From Alphaproteobacteria bacterium UBA2964 (GTDB lineage: Bacteria > Pseudomonadota > Alphaproteobacteria > MPNO01 > UBA2964), in assembly GCA_905182615.1 (NCBI GenBank), contig CAJJCG010000016.1:114250-178249 (forward strand): 64,000 nt of DNA, written 5' to 3'. The notes under the pieces are model-generated. The model made no database searches. It was not told where the DNA came from and saw only the letters and a list, made by a program, of their open reading frames with translations. The position numbers and the translations under genes were made by a program. This document shows positions 54,450 to 63,729 of this stretch, one piece after another (positions within the stretch are counted from its first letter, which is position 1; each line of letters begins with the position of its first letter).

Positions 54450-54465
54450 TCTATTGACCAATAGA
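54450..54465. promoter_or_regulatory. Perfect 7-2-7 palindrome, candidate operator upstream of the orphan large-subunit operon
   Basis: TCTATTG-AC-CAATAGA lies 36 nt upstream of the ATG at 54413, in an AT-rich divergent promoter region. Confidence 0.4.
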
Positions 54466-54554
54466 TCTATCAGAATTCGGTGATTTTGTAAAAAAAAGGA
54501 AGATTATATCTTTTTTTGTTACATCTCCCTGTTTTACTGGCACATCCAATTCAT

Positions 54555-54574
54555 AATGTTATATTATAACGATT
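54555..54574. promoter_or_regulatory. Zur-box-like operator upstream of znuA
   Basis: AATGTTATATTATAACGATT has a perfect palindromic core GTTATA-T-TATAAC (54558-54570). It resembles the proteobacterial Zur consensus GAAATGTTATAnTATAACATTTC and lies ~50 nt upstream of the znuA ATG. Confidence 0.65.
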
Positions 54575-54623
54575 TATATCGAATTGGCCGTGAAAACACG
54601 TCATCAACACATTGGGGTAACTT

Positions 54624-55571
54624 ATGAAGTTTAAGCGGGTCGTCTGTTTAGGAGTCGGGTTAACGTTAGTTTCCGGGCTGGCGGCGCCTGTTTCGGCCAC
54701 GGACAATATCGTAGTATCGATCAAGCCGATCCATTCACTGGTCGCGTCAGTTACCAAAGGGGTCAGTGAACCGTTTCTGATATTGCAGCGCCAAACGTCA
54801 CCTCACACCTACAGCCTGCGACCCTCAGAAGCCAGAAAGCTGCACAACGCCAAAGTTGTTTTCTGGATCGGCGAAGAGTTCGAAAACTTTCTGGTGAAAC
54901 CGCTAAAGACGTTGGGCCGCCGGGCGCAGATCGTGACTTTATCCAAGACGGAACAGCTAACCCGCCATAAATTCCGTAAAGCCGTTCAATTCAAATCGAG
55001 AAATGCTAAAACAAAGAAGCATAATCATGGACACCACCACGGAAATACCGATCAACATTTCTGGCTCGACCCAGTCAACGCCATAGCGTTCTCTCGAGAA
55101 ATAGAAACCACGCTGAAGAGCATCGACCCTGCAAATACGCGGATTTATATATCAAATGCCAACCAGCTCCGCGCGCGCCTCAAGACATTGCAAAAAAAGA
55201 CCGCTGCCAGATTAATGCCCCTGCGCCAGGGACGCTTTTATGTTTTTCACGATGCTTATCAATATTTCGAAAACCGTTTCGGCTTATCCGCGCAGGGCGC
55301 CATCATATTCCACCCGGATATTCCGTTAAGCGCCAAACGAGTGTCACAAATTCAGAACAGCATCAAGAAAGCCGGGCCGGTCTGCGTTTTCTCCGAACCC
55401 CAATTCAATCCGAAAACGGTGAAACTGGTTACCAGAGGTACCGCGGCACGCTTGGCAATCCTCGACCCCATCGGGTCGGCGCTGTCAGCTGGCCCGGATC
55501 TCTATTTTCAGCTAATTGAAAAAATCAGCAGCTCATTCGAAAAATGCCTTTCCGACGCGCGTCGCAACTAA
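54624..55571 (+). CDS. znuA: Zinc ABC transporter substrate-binding protein ZnuA
   Basis: It has a signal peptide, IVVSIKPIHSLV, a His-rich loop KKHNHGHHHGNTDQHFWLDP, and FHDAYQYF. Confidence 0.9.
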   Translation: MKFKRVVCLGVGLTLVSGLAAPVSATDNIVVSIKPIHSLVASVTKGVSEPFLILQRQTSPHTYSLRPSEARKLHNAKVVFWIGEEFENFLVKPLKTLGRRAQIVTLSKTEQLTRHKFRKAVQFKSRNAKTKKHNHGHHHGNTDQHFWLDPVNAIAFSREIETTLKSIDPANTRIYISNANQLRARLKTLQKKTAARLMPLRQGRFYVFHDAYQYFENRFGLSAQGAIIFHPDIPLSAKRVSQIQNSIKKAGPVCVFSEPQFNPKTVKLVTRGTAARLAILDPIGSALSAGPDLYFQLIEKISSSFEKCLSDARRN

Positions 55572-55673
55572 TAGCGACCTTGCGATGATGCTTTCTCCGG
55601 GCAGCCTCATTTGATAAAACATTTCAAACAAGAGTGAAACATTCGCTCCTCTCACGGGGACACCGGAGGAAAC

Positions 55674-56507
55674 ATGGACGGCACAGGCAGCAATACAGCC
55701 TATCAGGCAATCACCGTAACGCCCGCGAGCCCGACTGTTGGTGCAGAGATCAGCAATATAGATCTGACCCGCCCACTTTCGGATATAGAGCTCGCAGAGA
55801 TCAAACGGGCCTTCACGGAACATTGCATTTTGTTTTTCCGTGAACAGCACATCAGCTTTGAAGATCATGTCCGGCTCGGTGAATATTTCGGTCCGATTGG
55901 TTCTCATGTCGGGACGAATACAAACAGCAAGCTCACCGAAGACCCACGGGTTCGCAAGTTTCATTTCGATGAAAATTCACCCACAGTGTCCGGCCATATC
56001 TGGCATACCGACCAGTCCTGCGCAGAATTACCGCCGCTCGGCAGCATCCTGTATAACCAAATCATCCCACCAAATGGCGGTGGTGATACGATGTTCGCTA
56101 GTATGTACGCGGCCTATGAAGGCCTGTCCGACCGGATGCAGAATTATCTGGAAGGGCTCACGGCCTGGCACGATGGGGTTCCGACCTTTGGCCCGGGAAC
56201 GCCTAACGCCACCCATCCGGTTATCGTCAAACATCCGGAAAGCGGCCGTAAGCTTATCTATGTAAACCGGGGATTCACTAAGCGGATCAACGAGGTCTCT
56301 TCGACCGAGAGCGAAGGGATCCTGCGCTTCCTGTGGGATCACTGCGTTCTGCCAGAATATTGCCATCGCTTCCGCTGGGAGCCACATTCCATAGCATTTT
56401 GGGATAATCGCTGTGCCCAACATCGGGCAACCAACGATTACCTACCCAATGTCCGTTCGGGGTATAGGGTTCAGATTGAGGGTGTTGTCAGTCCGGTCGC
56501 GGCCTAA
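55674..56507 (+). CDS. TauD/TfdA-family Fe(II)/2-oxoglutarate dioxygenase (paralog 2)
   Basis: VGAEISNIDLTRPL, WHTDQSC (HxD) and AFWDNRCAQHRA are present. Confidence 0.9.
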   Translation: MDGTGSNTAYQAITVTPASPTVGAEISNIDLTRPLSDIELAEIKRAFTEHCILFFREQHISFEDHVRLGEYFGPIGSHVGTNTNSKLTEDPRVRKFHFDENSPTVSGHIWHTDQSCAELPPLGSILYNQIIPPNGGGDTMFASMYAAYEGLSDRMQNYLEGLTAWHDGVPTFGPGTPNATHPVIVKHPESGRKLIYVNRGFTKRINEVSSTESEGILRFLWDHCVLPEYCHRFRWEPHSIAFWDNRCAQHRATNDYLPNVRSGYRVQIEGVVSPVAA

Positions 56508-56510
56508 ACG

Positions 56511-57326
56511 CTAGTCCTTAAATGCAGCGATATATTCCTGACGCCGTTCGCCAATGCGAGTGCTGATTTTGGCACCAGACTCGATCATCTCATCAATCTC
56601 TTCCTGTTTGAGCTTGGTGGCAATCTCCGCCTGATAACAAGGACGATCCTTTACCCGCTGCCACCAGTTTTGCACCAGCGGTCGCTCGGCAACCCAATGA
56701 TCGAGAATTTGCAAATATTCGAGCCGTGCCACGAAAGGAGCGAGATTAATCTCTGCTAGGCTAAACATATTATCGGACAGCCAGTCATCACCTCCGGCAA
56801 GCGCTTCATCCATCAGCTTGAACGCTATCTCATAGGCCCCTATGCCGCGCAGTACGTAAGGCGATTCCACCCCATCGTCATAGGTCGACATAAAGCGGTC
56901 GCGCCGCGCCGCATCGCCGACATTGCGAAAGCGCTGCTGCCGCTGCTCCCGTGTCTGGTTCTTCATCCGGTCACGGAACATCGCTGAGAATGAAAAGACC
57001 ACGACACCTTCGAATAAACCCTCATCAACCGCTTTGCCCCAGAGCCGCATCTGGGCGCGTTCCGCCGGCCGCGCAGAGCTCAACGGCGGTTCGGGATAGA
57101 TTTCGTCAAGATATTCGCAAATCAGTGTCGATTCCCGTATCGCATGGCCGTCATGGATCAGCGTCGGCACATAGGCCTTGGGGTTCAGTTTGAGGTATTC
57201 CGGATCATACTGTGCATTGGCGAACAAATTAACTTCATGGCTTTCCCATTCGACGCCTTTCTCGAACAGAGTCATCCGGACTTTCTGGGCACAAACTGAA
57301 TTCTCGAAATGGTAGAGCTTAAGCAT
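56511..57326 (-). CDS. Glutathione S-transferase family protein
   Basis: The thioredoxin-like N-domain is MLKLYHFENSVCAQKVRMTLFEKG...VPTLIHDGHAIRESTLICEYLDE. The ATG at 57326 follows GAGGAA. Confidence 0.85.
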   Translation of the reverse strand: MLKLYHFENSVCAQKVRMTLFEKGVEWESHEVNLFANAQYDPEYLKLNPKAYVPTLIHDGHAIRESTLICEYLDEIYPEPPLSSARPAERAQMRLWGKAVDEGLFEGVVVFSFSAMFRDRMKNQTREQRQQRFRNVGDAARRDRFMSTYDDGVESPYVLRGIGAYEIAFKLMDEALAGGDDWLSDNMFSLAEINLAPFVARLEYLQILDHWVAERPLVQNWWQRVKDRPCYQAEIATKLKQEEIDEMIESGAKISTRIGERRQEYIAAFKD

Positions 57327-57419
57327 GGCTTTCCTCATGCAGCGAAACTTAATTATTAGGACGACGCAACTTTATGGATGGGCTGTACTCCTGTCCATCA
57401 AGCGCACAAAAAACCGAAC

Positions 57420-58428
57420 ATGAACGACACCCCTAATCCAAACTAAATATTTGCCCGCGCCAAAGCGGCGCATGATGCTGACAACGTTACAGAGGCCGAG
57501 GCCCTTTATAAGTAGCTATTGGACATAGCACCCGGACACCCAGACGTTCTGCATTTACTGGGAGTCCTATACGGCCAAATAGGGCGGTTCGACGGCGACC
57601 GGCGTCGCCATTGCTAAAGTGTCTGGTGATCCCAGTTACCACAACAATTTTGGAAACGTTCTGTTGCAGATGAAACGGTGGGATAAAGCTGCAACAGCCT
57701 TTAGTAAATCCCTTGAGATAGCACCCTTACCAATCTTAATGAGACGCCAACAAATCAGCGCTGGCATGTATCTGCCCTCGCCGCCAAGGCCGTCACACAA
57801 CACGAGACCGGTGACGACGCTACAACCACACCTCTGCCATACATGGATGGTTTGATAACCCTTCCGGAATTAAGCCTGCCTGACGGAACCGACGTGCAAG
57901 CCCTTGGCGATTTACTGGCAAACCATCCGAGTTGTATCTGGGAGCGCAGCGACGCCACGACACGTGCCGGCGCACAGTTAAGCAACCTCGCCAAGGACAC
58001 TGACCCAACCATCGGGGTCTTTATTACAGCGCCGAAAGAAAAAATCGAAAGCTATATCAGCACGAAACAGCCTGACCCCGGCCATCCGTTCACGGCGCAT
58101 ATCCCCGAAAGTTGGGACTACAGCATCTGAGCAACGATTCTTGATCAAGACGGGCATCATGCATCCCGCCGCCTGAGTCTCAAGGGTATATTACCTCGAA
58201 GTGCCGGAAGCCATCACAGATCCGACGAATGAAGCGCAGTCTGGCTGGATTGAATTTAGCGCACCAGGCTATGGTATAACGCCTGTCCACCCACTAATTA
58301 TCCGCCGGATCATGCCCGAACCGAGCAAATTGATCTTTTTCCCTTCTTATTTATTCCATCGAACAGCCCCACTTTCGGGTACTGCCCGCCGGATCAGTAT
58401 TTCCTTTAATGTCATTCCGACAAAATAG
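57420..58428 (+). pseudogene. Degraded TPR + 2OG-Fe(II)-oxygenase (2OG-FeII_Oxy_5-like) gene
   Basis: The reading frame is broken into at least three frames (57619-57855, 57843-58130, 58201-58428). In-frame stops start at 57444, and a TGA at 58174-58176 lies where VSRVYYLEVPEA begins. The C-terminal end KLIFFPSYLFHRTAPL...RISISFNV is the family signature. Confidence 0.7.
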
Positions 58429-58532
58429 CGCAAATGAACCATCGTCGGTGAGTTTTACCTGCCGGTTTCTTCCTGTATAAACGTCCCACCGGTCAGCTCA
58501 TTTCCGGTAGAGAGACACATAAAGATAGAACG

Positions 58533-59390
58533 ATGAAACCTGCTGCTTTTGAATATCACGCACCGACCACAATCGATGAAGCCGTCGCCCTTCTGGCGGA
58601 ACATGCACCGAATGATGGTCGCATTCTTGCCGGTGGCCAAAGCTTGGTGCCAACCATGGCTTTCCGGCTGGCTCGGCCAACGCACCTCATAGACATTAAT
58701 AATGTCGCGAACCTCGACAAGCTCGCCATAGAAAGTGGCGCCCTGTGTATTGGCGCGACGGTACGGCATGCCCAGTTCCACACGCCGGCCTGTGATGGCG
58801 TGCTGGGACGCTTGCTGACTGACGTCGTGAGTAATATCGCCCATTACCCGATCCGCCAACGCGGTACGTTCTGTGGCAGTGTCGCCCATTCGGACCCGGC
58901 CTCGGAATGGTGCATGGTCGCCGCAACGCTGGATGCGACAATGATCGCTCAAAGTGCCTCCGGTGAAAGGCTCATTCCCGCCAAAGATTTTTTTGAAACC
59001 GTCATGACCACCGCGCTGAACGAAGACGAGCTGTTGCGGGAAGTCCGCATTCCAGTGCTTAGCGATGACACAGTCTACGGGTTTCAGGAATTCAACCGCC
59101 GAGCCGGTGACTTCGCTATTTCGATGACCCTCGTCACCTATCAGCTTGAGGGTGGTAAAATCGTTGATCCACATGTCGGTGTCGGTGGTGCCGAGGACCG
59201 GCCCCGCCGCATTGCAGAAGCAGAAGCCGCTCTTGCCGGACAAACCCCAGGTGATGACGCTTTCCGAGCTGCGGCAGATGCCGCCGCCGCTGCAATCGAC
59301 CCGATGGAAGACCACGCAACAAATGCTCAGTACCGCCGCGATCTTACCGCGACGCTGGTCCGCCGGGCGCTGGAGAATGCCGCATCATGA
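58533..59390 (+). CDS. Mo-hydroxylase FAD-binding (medium, CoxM-like) subunit
   Basis: FEYHAPTTIDEAVALL, ILAGGQSLVPTMAFR and GTFCGSVAHSDP are present. Confidence 0.9.
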   Translation: MKPAAFEYHAPTTIDEAVALLAEHAPNDGRILAGGQSLVPTMAFRLARPTHLIDINNVANLDKLAIESGALCIGATVRHAQFHTPACDGVLGRLLTDVVSNIAHYPIRQRGTFCGSVAHSDPASEWCMVAATLDATMIAQSASGERLIPAKDFFETVMTTALNEDELLREVRIPVLSDDTVYGFQEFNRRAGDFAISMTLVTYQLEGGKIVDPHVGVGGAEDRPRRIAEAEAALAGQTPGDDAFRAAADAAAAAIDPMEDHATNAQYRRDLTATLVRRALENAAS

Positions 59391-59869
59391 GTGACAAAAA
59401 AGACATAACGCTCACCATTAACGGACGGGACCATAACGTCTCGGTCGATCCACGCTGGACGCTCGCCGACGTCATCCGCGACCATTGCGGACAAACCGGT
59501 ACGCATCTTGGCTGCGAACATGGCATTTGCGGCGCTTGCACAATTCTCGTCGATGATTCTCCAGTCCGGTCCTGCCTGATGTTTGGCATTCAGGCCGATG
59601 GCAAAAAAATCCGCACGGTCGAAGGTCTCGCCAATGGCGATGAGTATCACCCGCTGCAAAGGGCCTTTATAGAAAATCACGCTTTGCAATGCGGCTATTG
59701 CACGCCAGGCTTCCTGATGTTGGCGACTGGAATTCTTGAAGCACAGCCCGATATCAGCGATGACGATTTGAACGATGTTCTCTCGTCAAATCTGTGTCGC
59801 TGCACCGGCTACGCCAATATCATCAAGGCCGTCCGCATCGCGCGCGACGAAATGAAGGCGGCAAGCTGA
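59387..59869 (+). CDS. Mo-hydroxylase [2Fe-2S] (small, CoxS-like) subunit
   Basis: GCEHGICGACTILVD and QCGYCTPGF...CRCTGY cluster motifs are present. It overlaps the upstream gene by 4 nt. Confidence 0.9.
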   Translation: MSDKKDITLTINGRDHNVSVDPRWTLADVIRDHCGQTGTHLGCEHGICGACTILVDDSPVRSCLMFGIQADGKKIRTVEGLANGDEYHPLQRAFIENHALQCGYCTPGFLMLATGILEAQPDISDDDLNDVLSSNLCRCTGYANIIKAVRIARDEMKAAS

Positions 59870-62190
59870 TGGCAACCGCAACAAACAGAATGCTCGGTCA
59901 TCTAGGCGATAGTGTCGAGCGGCTGGAAGATCCACCGCTGGTCACCGGCAAAGGTCGCTTTGTTGGTGACATCAATTTCCCTGACCAATTGCATATGCGG
60001 ATCGTCCGTAGTGACCACGCCCACGGTAAAATCATATCTGTCGACACATCGGCCGCCGAAGCGGTTCCCGGTGTCGTCGCGGTCTGGACCACCGAGAATA
60101 TTGACGACGTCCCCCCAATTGATTTTCGCGAAGGCAGCGATCCAACCCTGGCGTTGTTTCGCCAATATCCACTGGCCCGCGAGCTCGTACGCTATGTCGG
60201 TGATCCCGTGGTCGCGGTCTTTGCTGAAGATCCGTACACCGCCGAAGACGCGGCCGAGCTGGTTGTTATTGAAATCGAACCGCTACCGGTTCTGATTAAC
60301 GCCGACGACCCGCCACAAGATTTCAAAGGCCAAGCAACAACCGAAGCTGCCATTGTCGAACAAGGTTATGGTGACATTGATACAACTTTCGCCAACGCCT
60401 TTAAGGTCGTGGAAATCGACGTGAAGGTCAGCCGTCATACGGGTGTTCCCATGGAATGCCGCGGCGCGATTGGCCGCTATGATGAAGCCCGCGACGTTCT
60501 TGAAATGTATGGCGCGGCAAAAGTGCCGCATCGCAACCGGGACACGTTGTGCCGTATGTTAAACCGGCCAGCCTCTGGCCTTCATCTGTTTGAAGGCCAT
60601 ACCGGCGGCGGATTTGGTATCCGTGGCGAACTTTATCCAGAAGATGTCCTCGTCTGTGTCGCCGCTATGCGACTACGTAGACCGGTAAAATGGATTGAAG
60701 ACCGTCGGGAACATTTGATGGCAGCCAACCATTCCCGCCAGCAACGCCATATTATCCGCGCTGCTGTGGCGGAGGATGGTGAAGTTGTCGGGCTCGATGA
60801 CGAGCTTTATCTCGATCAGGGCGGCTATATCCGTACCCACGGCACCCGCGTCGCCAACATGACGACGGGCACACTGCCCGGCCCATACCGATTTCCGGTA
60901 TACCGGTCTATCTGTCACTTCCGCCTGACCAATAAAACACCAGCGGCGACCTATCGCTCGCCGGGCCGCTGCGAAAGCACCTTTGTGCGCGAACGCCTGA
61001 TGGATGCCGTCGCTGTCGCAATGGATATGGACCCCATCGCTTTACGCCGCCGCAACCTGATCTCGCTCGAGGAAATGCCCTATGGTCGCGCCCTCGATGT
61101 ATTGGGCGATTCCGTTGAACATGACCCAGGAGATTATGCCGGTCTGCTCGATCAGGGTCTGGCGCAAATCGGCTGGGACGATCTCCAGAAAAAACTCGCC
61201 AAACGCCGCGCCAATGGCGAGATGGTCGGCGCTGGTATTTCGATGTTCTTCGAGAAATCCGGTCTCGGCCCATCAGATGGCGCCAAGATTTTCGTCGACA
61301 ATGAAGGCTTTATTGAAGTCGTTACCGGCGGCGCCTCTATCGGCCAGGGTTTTGAAACCGCGATGGCGCAGATTGCCGCCGAAGACCTTGGGACTGACTA
61401 TCGCCGTATTCGCGTTGTTCATGGTCAGACGAACCGGATCGATTACGGAGTCGGCGCCCATGCGTCACGCGCCACCGTTTTGACCGGTACAGCAGTGAGC
61501 CTGACAGCGCAGGCCGTTCGCGCCAAGGCGCTGGATATGGCGGCAGAGCTGCTGCAAACATCAGCAGATTCTTTGACCATCACCGACGGCGTTGTCCATG
61601 CGAAGGACAACCCTACTGGTCCATCATTGACGCTTGGCGAAATCGCCGAAGCATTGATCCCGACCTCCAAACTTCGTGGTGATCGTGAGCCTTATTTGAA
61701 GGGCGAAGAGTGGTTCCACATTGAACATCAAACCTACCCGTATGGTCATCATATTGCGGTCGTAAAAGTTGATCCGGATACCGGTGGCGTCGAGATCGAA
61801 AAATATTTCATCGCCTATGATATTGGCCGGGCAATCAATCCAATGATGATTGAAGGCCAGCTGGTTGGTGGTTTAGCGCAAGGGGTGGGCGGCGCTCTGT
61901 TTGAAGAATTCACCTATTCCGAAACCGGTGACCCACAGGCAGTAACCTTTGCTGATTACCTGATACCTACCTTGCAGGAAGTTCCCGATCCGGAAATTCT
62001 GCTGACCGAAGATTTCCCGAGCATTCGCACACCCCTGGGTATTAAGGGCGCAGGCGAAGCTGGGATAACCGGTGCAGCGGGTGCCATTGCTTCCGCGATT
62101 GATAATGCCATTGGCATCCCCGGTGCTGTGACGGAAACACCCGTTTCACCGCAGCGCCTGAAGAAAATATTGAGCGAACACGGCAAATAA
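59869..62190 (+). CDS. Mo-hydroxylase molybdopterin-binding large (CoxL-like) subunit
   Basis: VERLEDPPLVTGKGRFVGDI and ATYRSPGRCESTFVRERLMD are present in a 773-aa protein. The ATG overlaps the coxS-like TGA (TGATG at 59867-59871). Confidence 0.9.
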   Translation: MATATNRMLGHLGDSVERLEDPPLVTGKGRFVGDINFPDQLHMRIVRSDHAHGKIISVDTSAAEAVPGVVAVWTTENIDDVPPIDFREGSDPTLALFRQYPLARELVRYVGDPVVAVFAEDPYTAEDAAELVVIEIEPLPVLINADDPPQDFKGQATTEAAIVEQGYGDIDTTFANAFKVVEIDVKVSRHTGVPMECRGAIGRYDEARDVLEMYGAAKVPHRNRDTLCRMLNRPASGLHLFEGHTGGGFGIRGELYPEDVLVCVAAMRLRRPVKWIEDRREHLMAANHSRQQRHIIRAAVAEDGEVVGLDDELYLDQGGYIRTHGTRVANMTTGTLPGPYRFPVYRSICHFRLTNKTPAATYRSPGRCESTFVRERLMDAVAVAMDMDPIALRRRNLISLEEMPYGRALDVLGDSVEHDPGDYAGLLDQGLAQIGWDDLQKKLAKRRANGEMVGAGISMFFEKSGLGPSDGAKIFVDNEGFIEVVTGGASIGQGFETAMAQIAAEDLGTDYRRIRVVHGQTNRIDYGVGAHASRATVLTGTAVSLTAQAVRAKALDMAAELLQTSADSLTITDGVVHAKDNPTGPSLTLGEIAEALIPTSKLRGDREPYLKGEEWFHIEHQTYPYGHHIAVVKVDPDTGGVEIEKYFIAYDIGRAINPMMIEGQLVGGLAQGVGGALFEEFTYSETGDPQAVTFADYLIPTLQEVPDPEILLTEDFPSIRTPLGIKGAGEAGITGAAGAIASAIDNAIGIPGAVTETPVSPQRLKKILSEHGK

Positions 62191-62223
62191 CCGTTTCGCG
62201 CCACCAAGAAAAAGGAGATATCC

Positions 62224-63648
62224 GTGGCCAACAAGGATTTAAGAGACTGGATTAGTGATCTGGAAGCAAACGGCCAGCTGCAGGTTGTATCCGGTGCAGA
62301 CCGTGAGGAAGAGATTGGCGGCATTGTCGATATCTATATGCGGCAAATGACCAACCCGGCCGTGATGTTCGATAATATTCCGGGCTACCCGAAGGACTTT
62401 CGGGTTCTCGCCAATATCCTGACATCCGTTCCGCGGATCAATCTCGCACTAGGCGAGCCGATTGATAAATCCGAAGTCGAGCTTGTCGATTATTGGCGGA
62501 AATACATGAAGGATCAACCGACCCATGCGCCGGTTGAGGTTAATGGCGGACCGATCTTAGACAACGTGTTCGAAGGCGCGGACATCGACATCACCAAGAT
62601 TCCGACCCCGAAATGGCACGAACATGACGGCGGCTATTTCATCGGAACGGCCTGCATGGTGATCATGAAAGATCCGGATTCAGGCTGGATCAACTATGGC
62701 GCCTATCGCGTCCAGTCACATGGCCCCAACACGGCATCACTGATGACGTCCAAGGGCAAACATGGTGACATAATTCGCGACAAATATCACGCCAAGGGCG
62801 AACCCTGCCCAATCGCTGTTGTTGTCGGCATGCATCCGGCTCTGTTCATGGTTGCCGGGCTTGAAATGCCTTATGGCAAAAATGAATATGACAGTGCTGG
62901 TGGCCTGCTCGGCGAAGGTGTTGAAATCATCAACATGCCAAAGACCGGACTACCGGTGCCCGCCAATGCCGAGATCGCCTTTGAGGGTTATATCCATCCC
63001 GATGACCGGGTTGACGAAGGGCCCCTTGGCGAATGGACCGGATATTACGCCGGTGGGGCAACGACCCAGCCCGCTATTAGGATCGAAACCTTTATGCATC
63101 GCGATGACCCCATTCTGATGGGCGCCATCCCGGCTGTACCGCCTAACGATGACACGTTCTATCGCGGCACCTATCGCTGTGGCGCCGTGTGGAACCAGCT
63201 CGAAGCCGCAGGCATTCCCGAAGTTAAAGGTGTCTGGGCGCATGAAGCTGGTGGCAGTCGGATGTGGCTTACCGTCTCGATTAAGCAGATGTATGGCGGC
63301 CATTCGAAACAAGCCGGGCTGATCGCTTCACAATGTCATGCCGGGGCCTATGCCAATCGCTGGGTCATTGTCGTCGATGACGATATCGATCCCGCTAATC
63401 TAAATGACGTGATCTGGTCAATGTGTACGCGCTGCGACCCGAAAGACGGAGTCGAAATCCTCAACGGTTGCTGGAGTACCCATCTCGATCCGATGAGCTA
63501 CAGCCACGAAGACCCGCGCAACTCGCGTGTCGTCGTCGATGCTTGTATTCCCTACCGCCGCAAGGACACATTCCCGATCGTCGCTCGGAACTCGAAAGAG
63601 CTCGATGACCGTATTTTCAAGAAGTTCGGCGACGTCCTTCCGAAATAA
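62224..63648 (+). CDS. UbiD-family (prenylated-FMN-dependent) decarboxylase
   Basis: DLRDWISDLEANGQL, HDGGYFIGTACMV and EGPLGEWTGYYAG are present. The GTG start lies 8 nt after an AAGGAG RBS and 33 nt after the large-subunit stop. Confidence 0.9.
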   Translation: MANKDLRDWISDLEANGQLQVVSGADREEEIGGIVDIYMRQMTNPAVMFDNIPGYPKDFRVLANILTSVPRINLALGEPIDKSEVELVDYWRKYMKDQPTHAPVEVNGGPILDNVFEGADIDITKIPTPKWHEHDGGYFIGTACMVIMKDPDSGWINYGAYRVQSHGPNTASLMTSKGKHGDIIRDKYHAKGEPCPIAVVVGMHPALFMVAGLEMPYGKNEYDSAGGLLGEGVEIINMPKTGLPVPANAEIAFEGYIHPDDRVDEGPLGEWTGYYAGGATTQPAIRIETFMHRDDPILMGAIPAVPPNDDTFYRGTYRCGAVWNQLEAAGIPEVKGVWAHEAGGSRMWLTVSIKQMYGGHSKQAGLIASQCHAGAYANRWVIVVDDDIDPANLNDVIWSMCTRCDPKDGVEILNGCWSTHLDPMSYSHEDPRNSRVVVDACIPYRRKDTFPIVARNSKELDDRIFKKFGDVLPK

Positions 63649-63681
63649 TCGATCTAATTGCGGCGTAAAACGCGCAAACAA

Positions 63682-63705
63682 AAACGGGGCCGCAAGGCCC
63701 CGTTT
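63682..63705. terminator. Bidirectional Rho-independent terminator
   Basis: AAACGGGGCC-GCAA-GGCCCCGTTT is a perfect 10-bp stem with a GCAA loop. A/T runs flank it on both sides, between convergent genes. Confidence 0.75.
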
Positions 63706-63729
63706 CCGTTTCAGCTTATGTAAACTGAC

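Noticed and set aside
58455-59315. 286-aa ORF on the minus strand
   Set aside because: It is antisense to the CoxM-like FAD subunit, whose translation carries clear family motifs. The minus-strand product has none.
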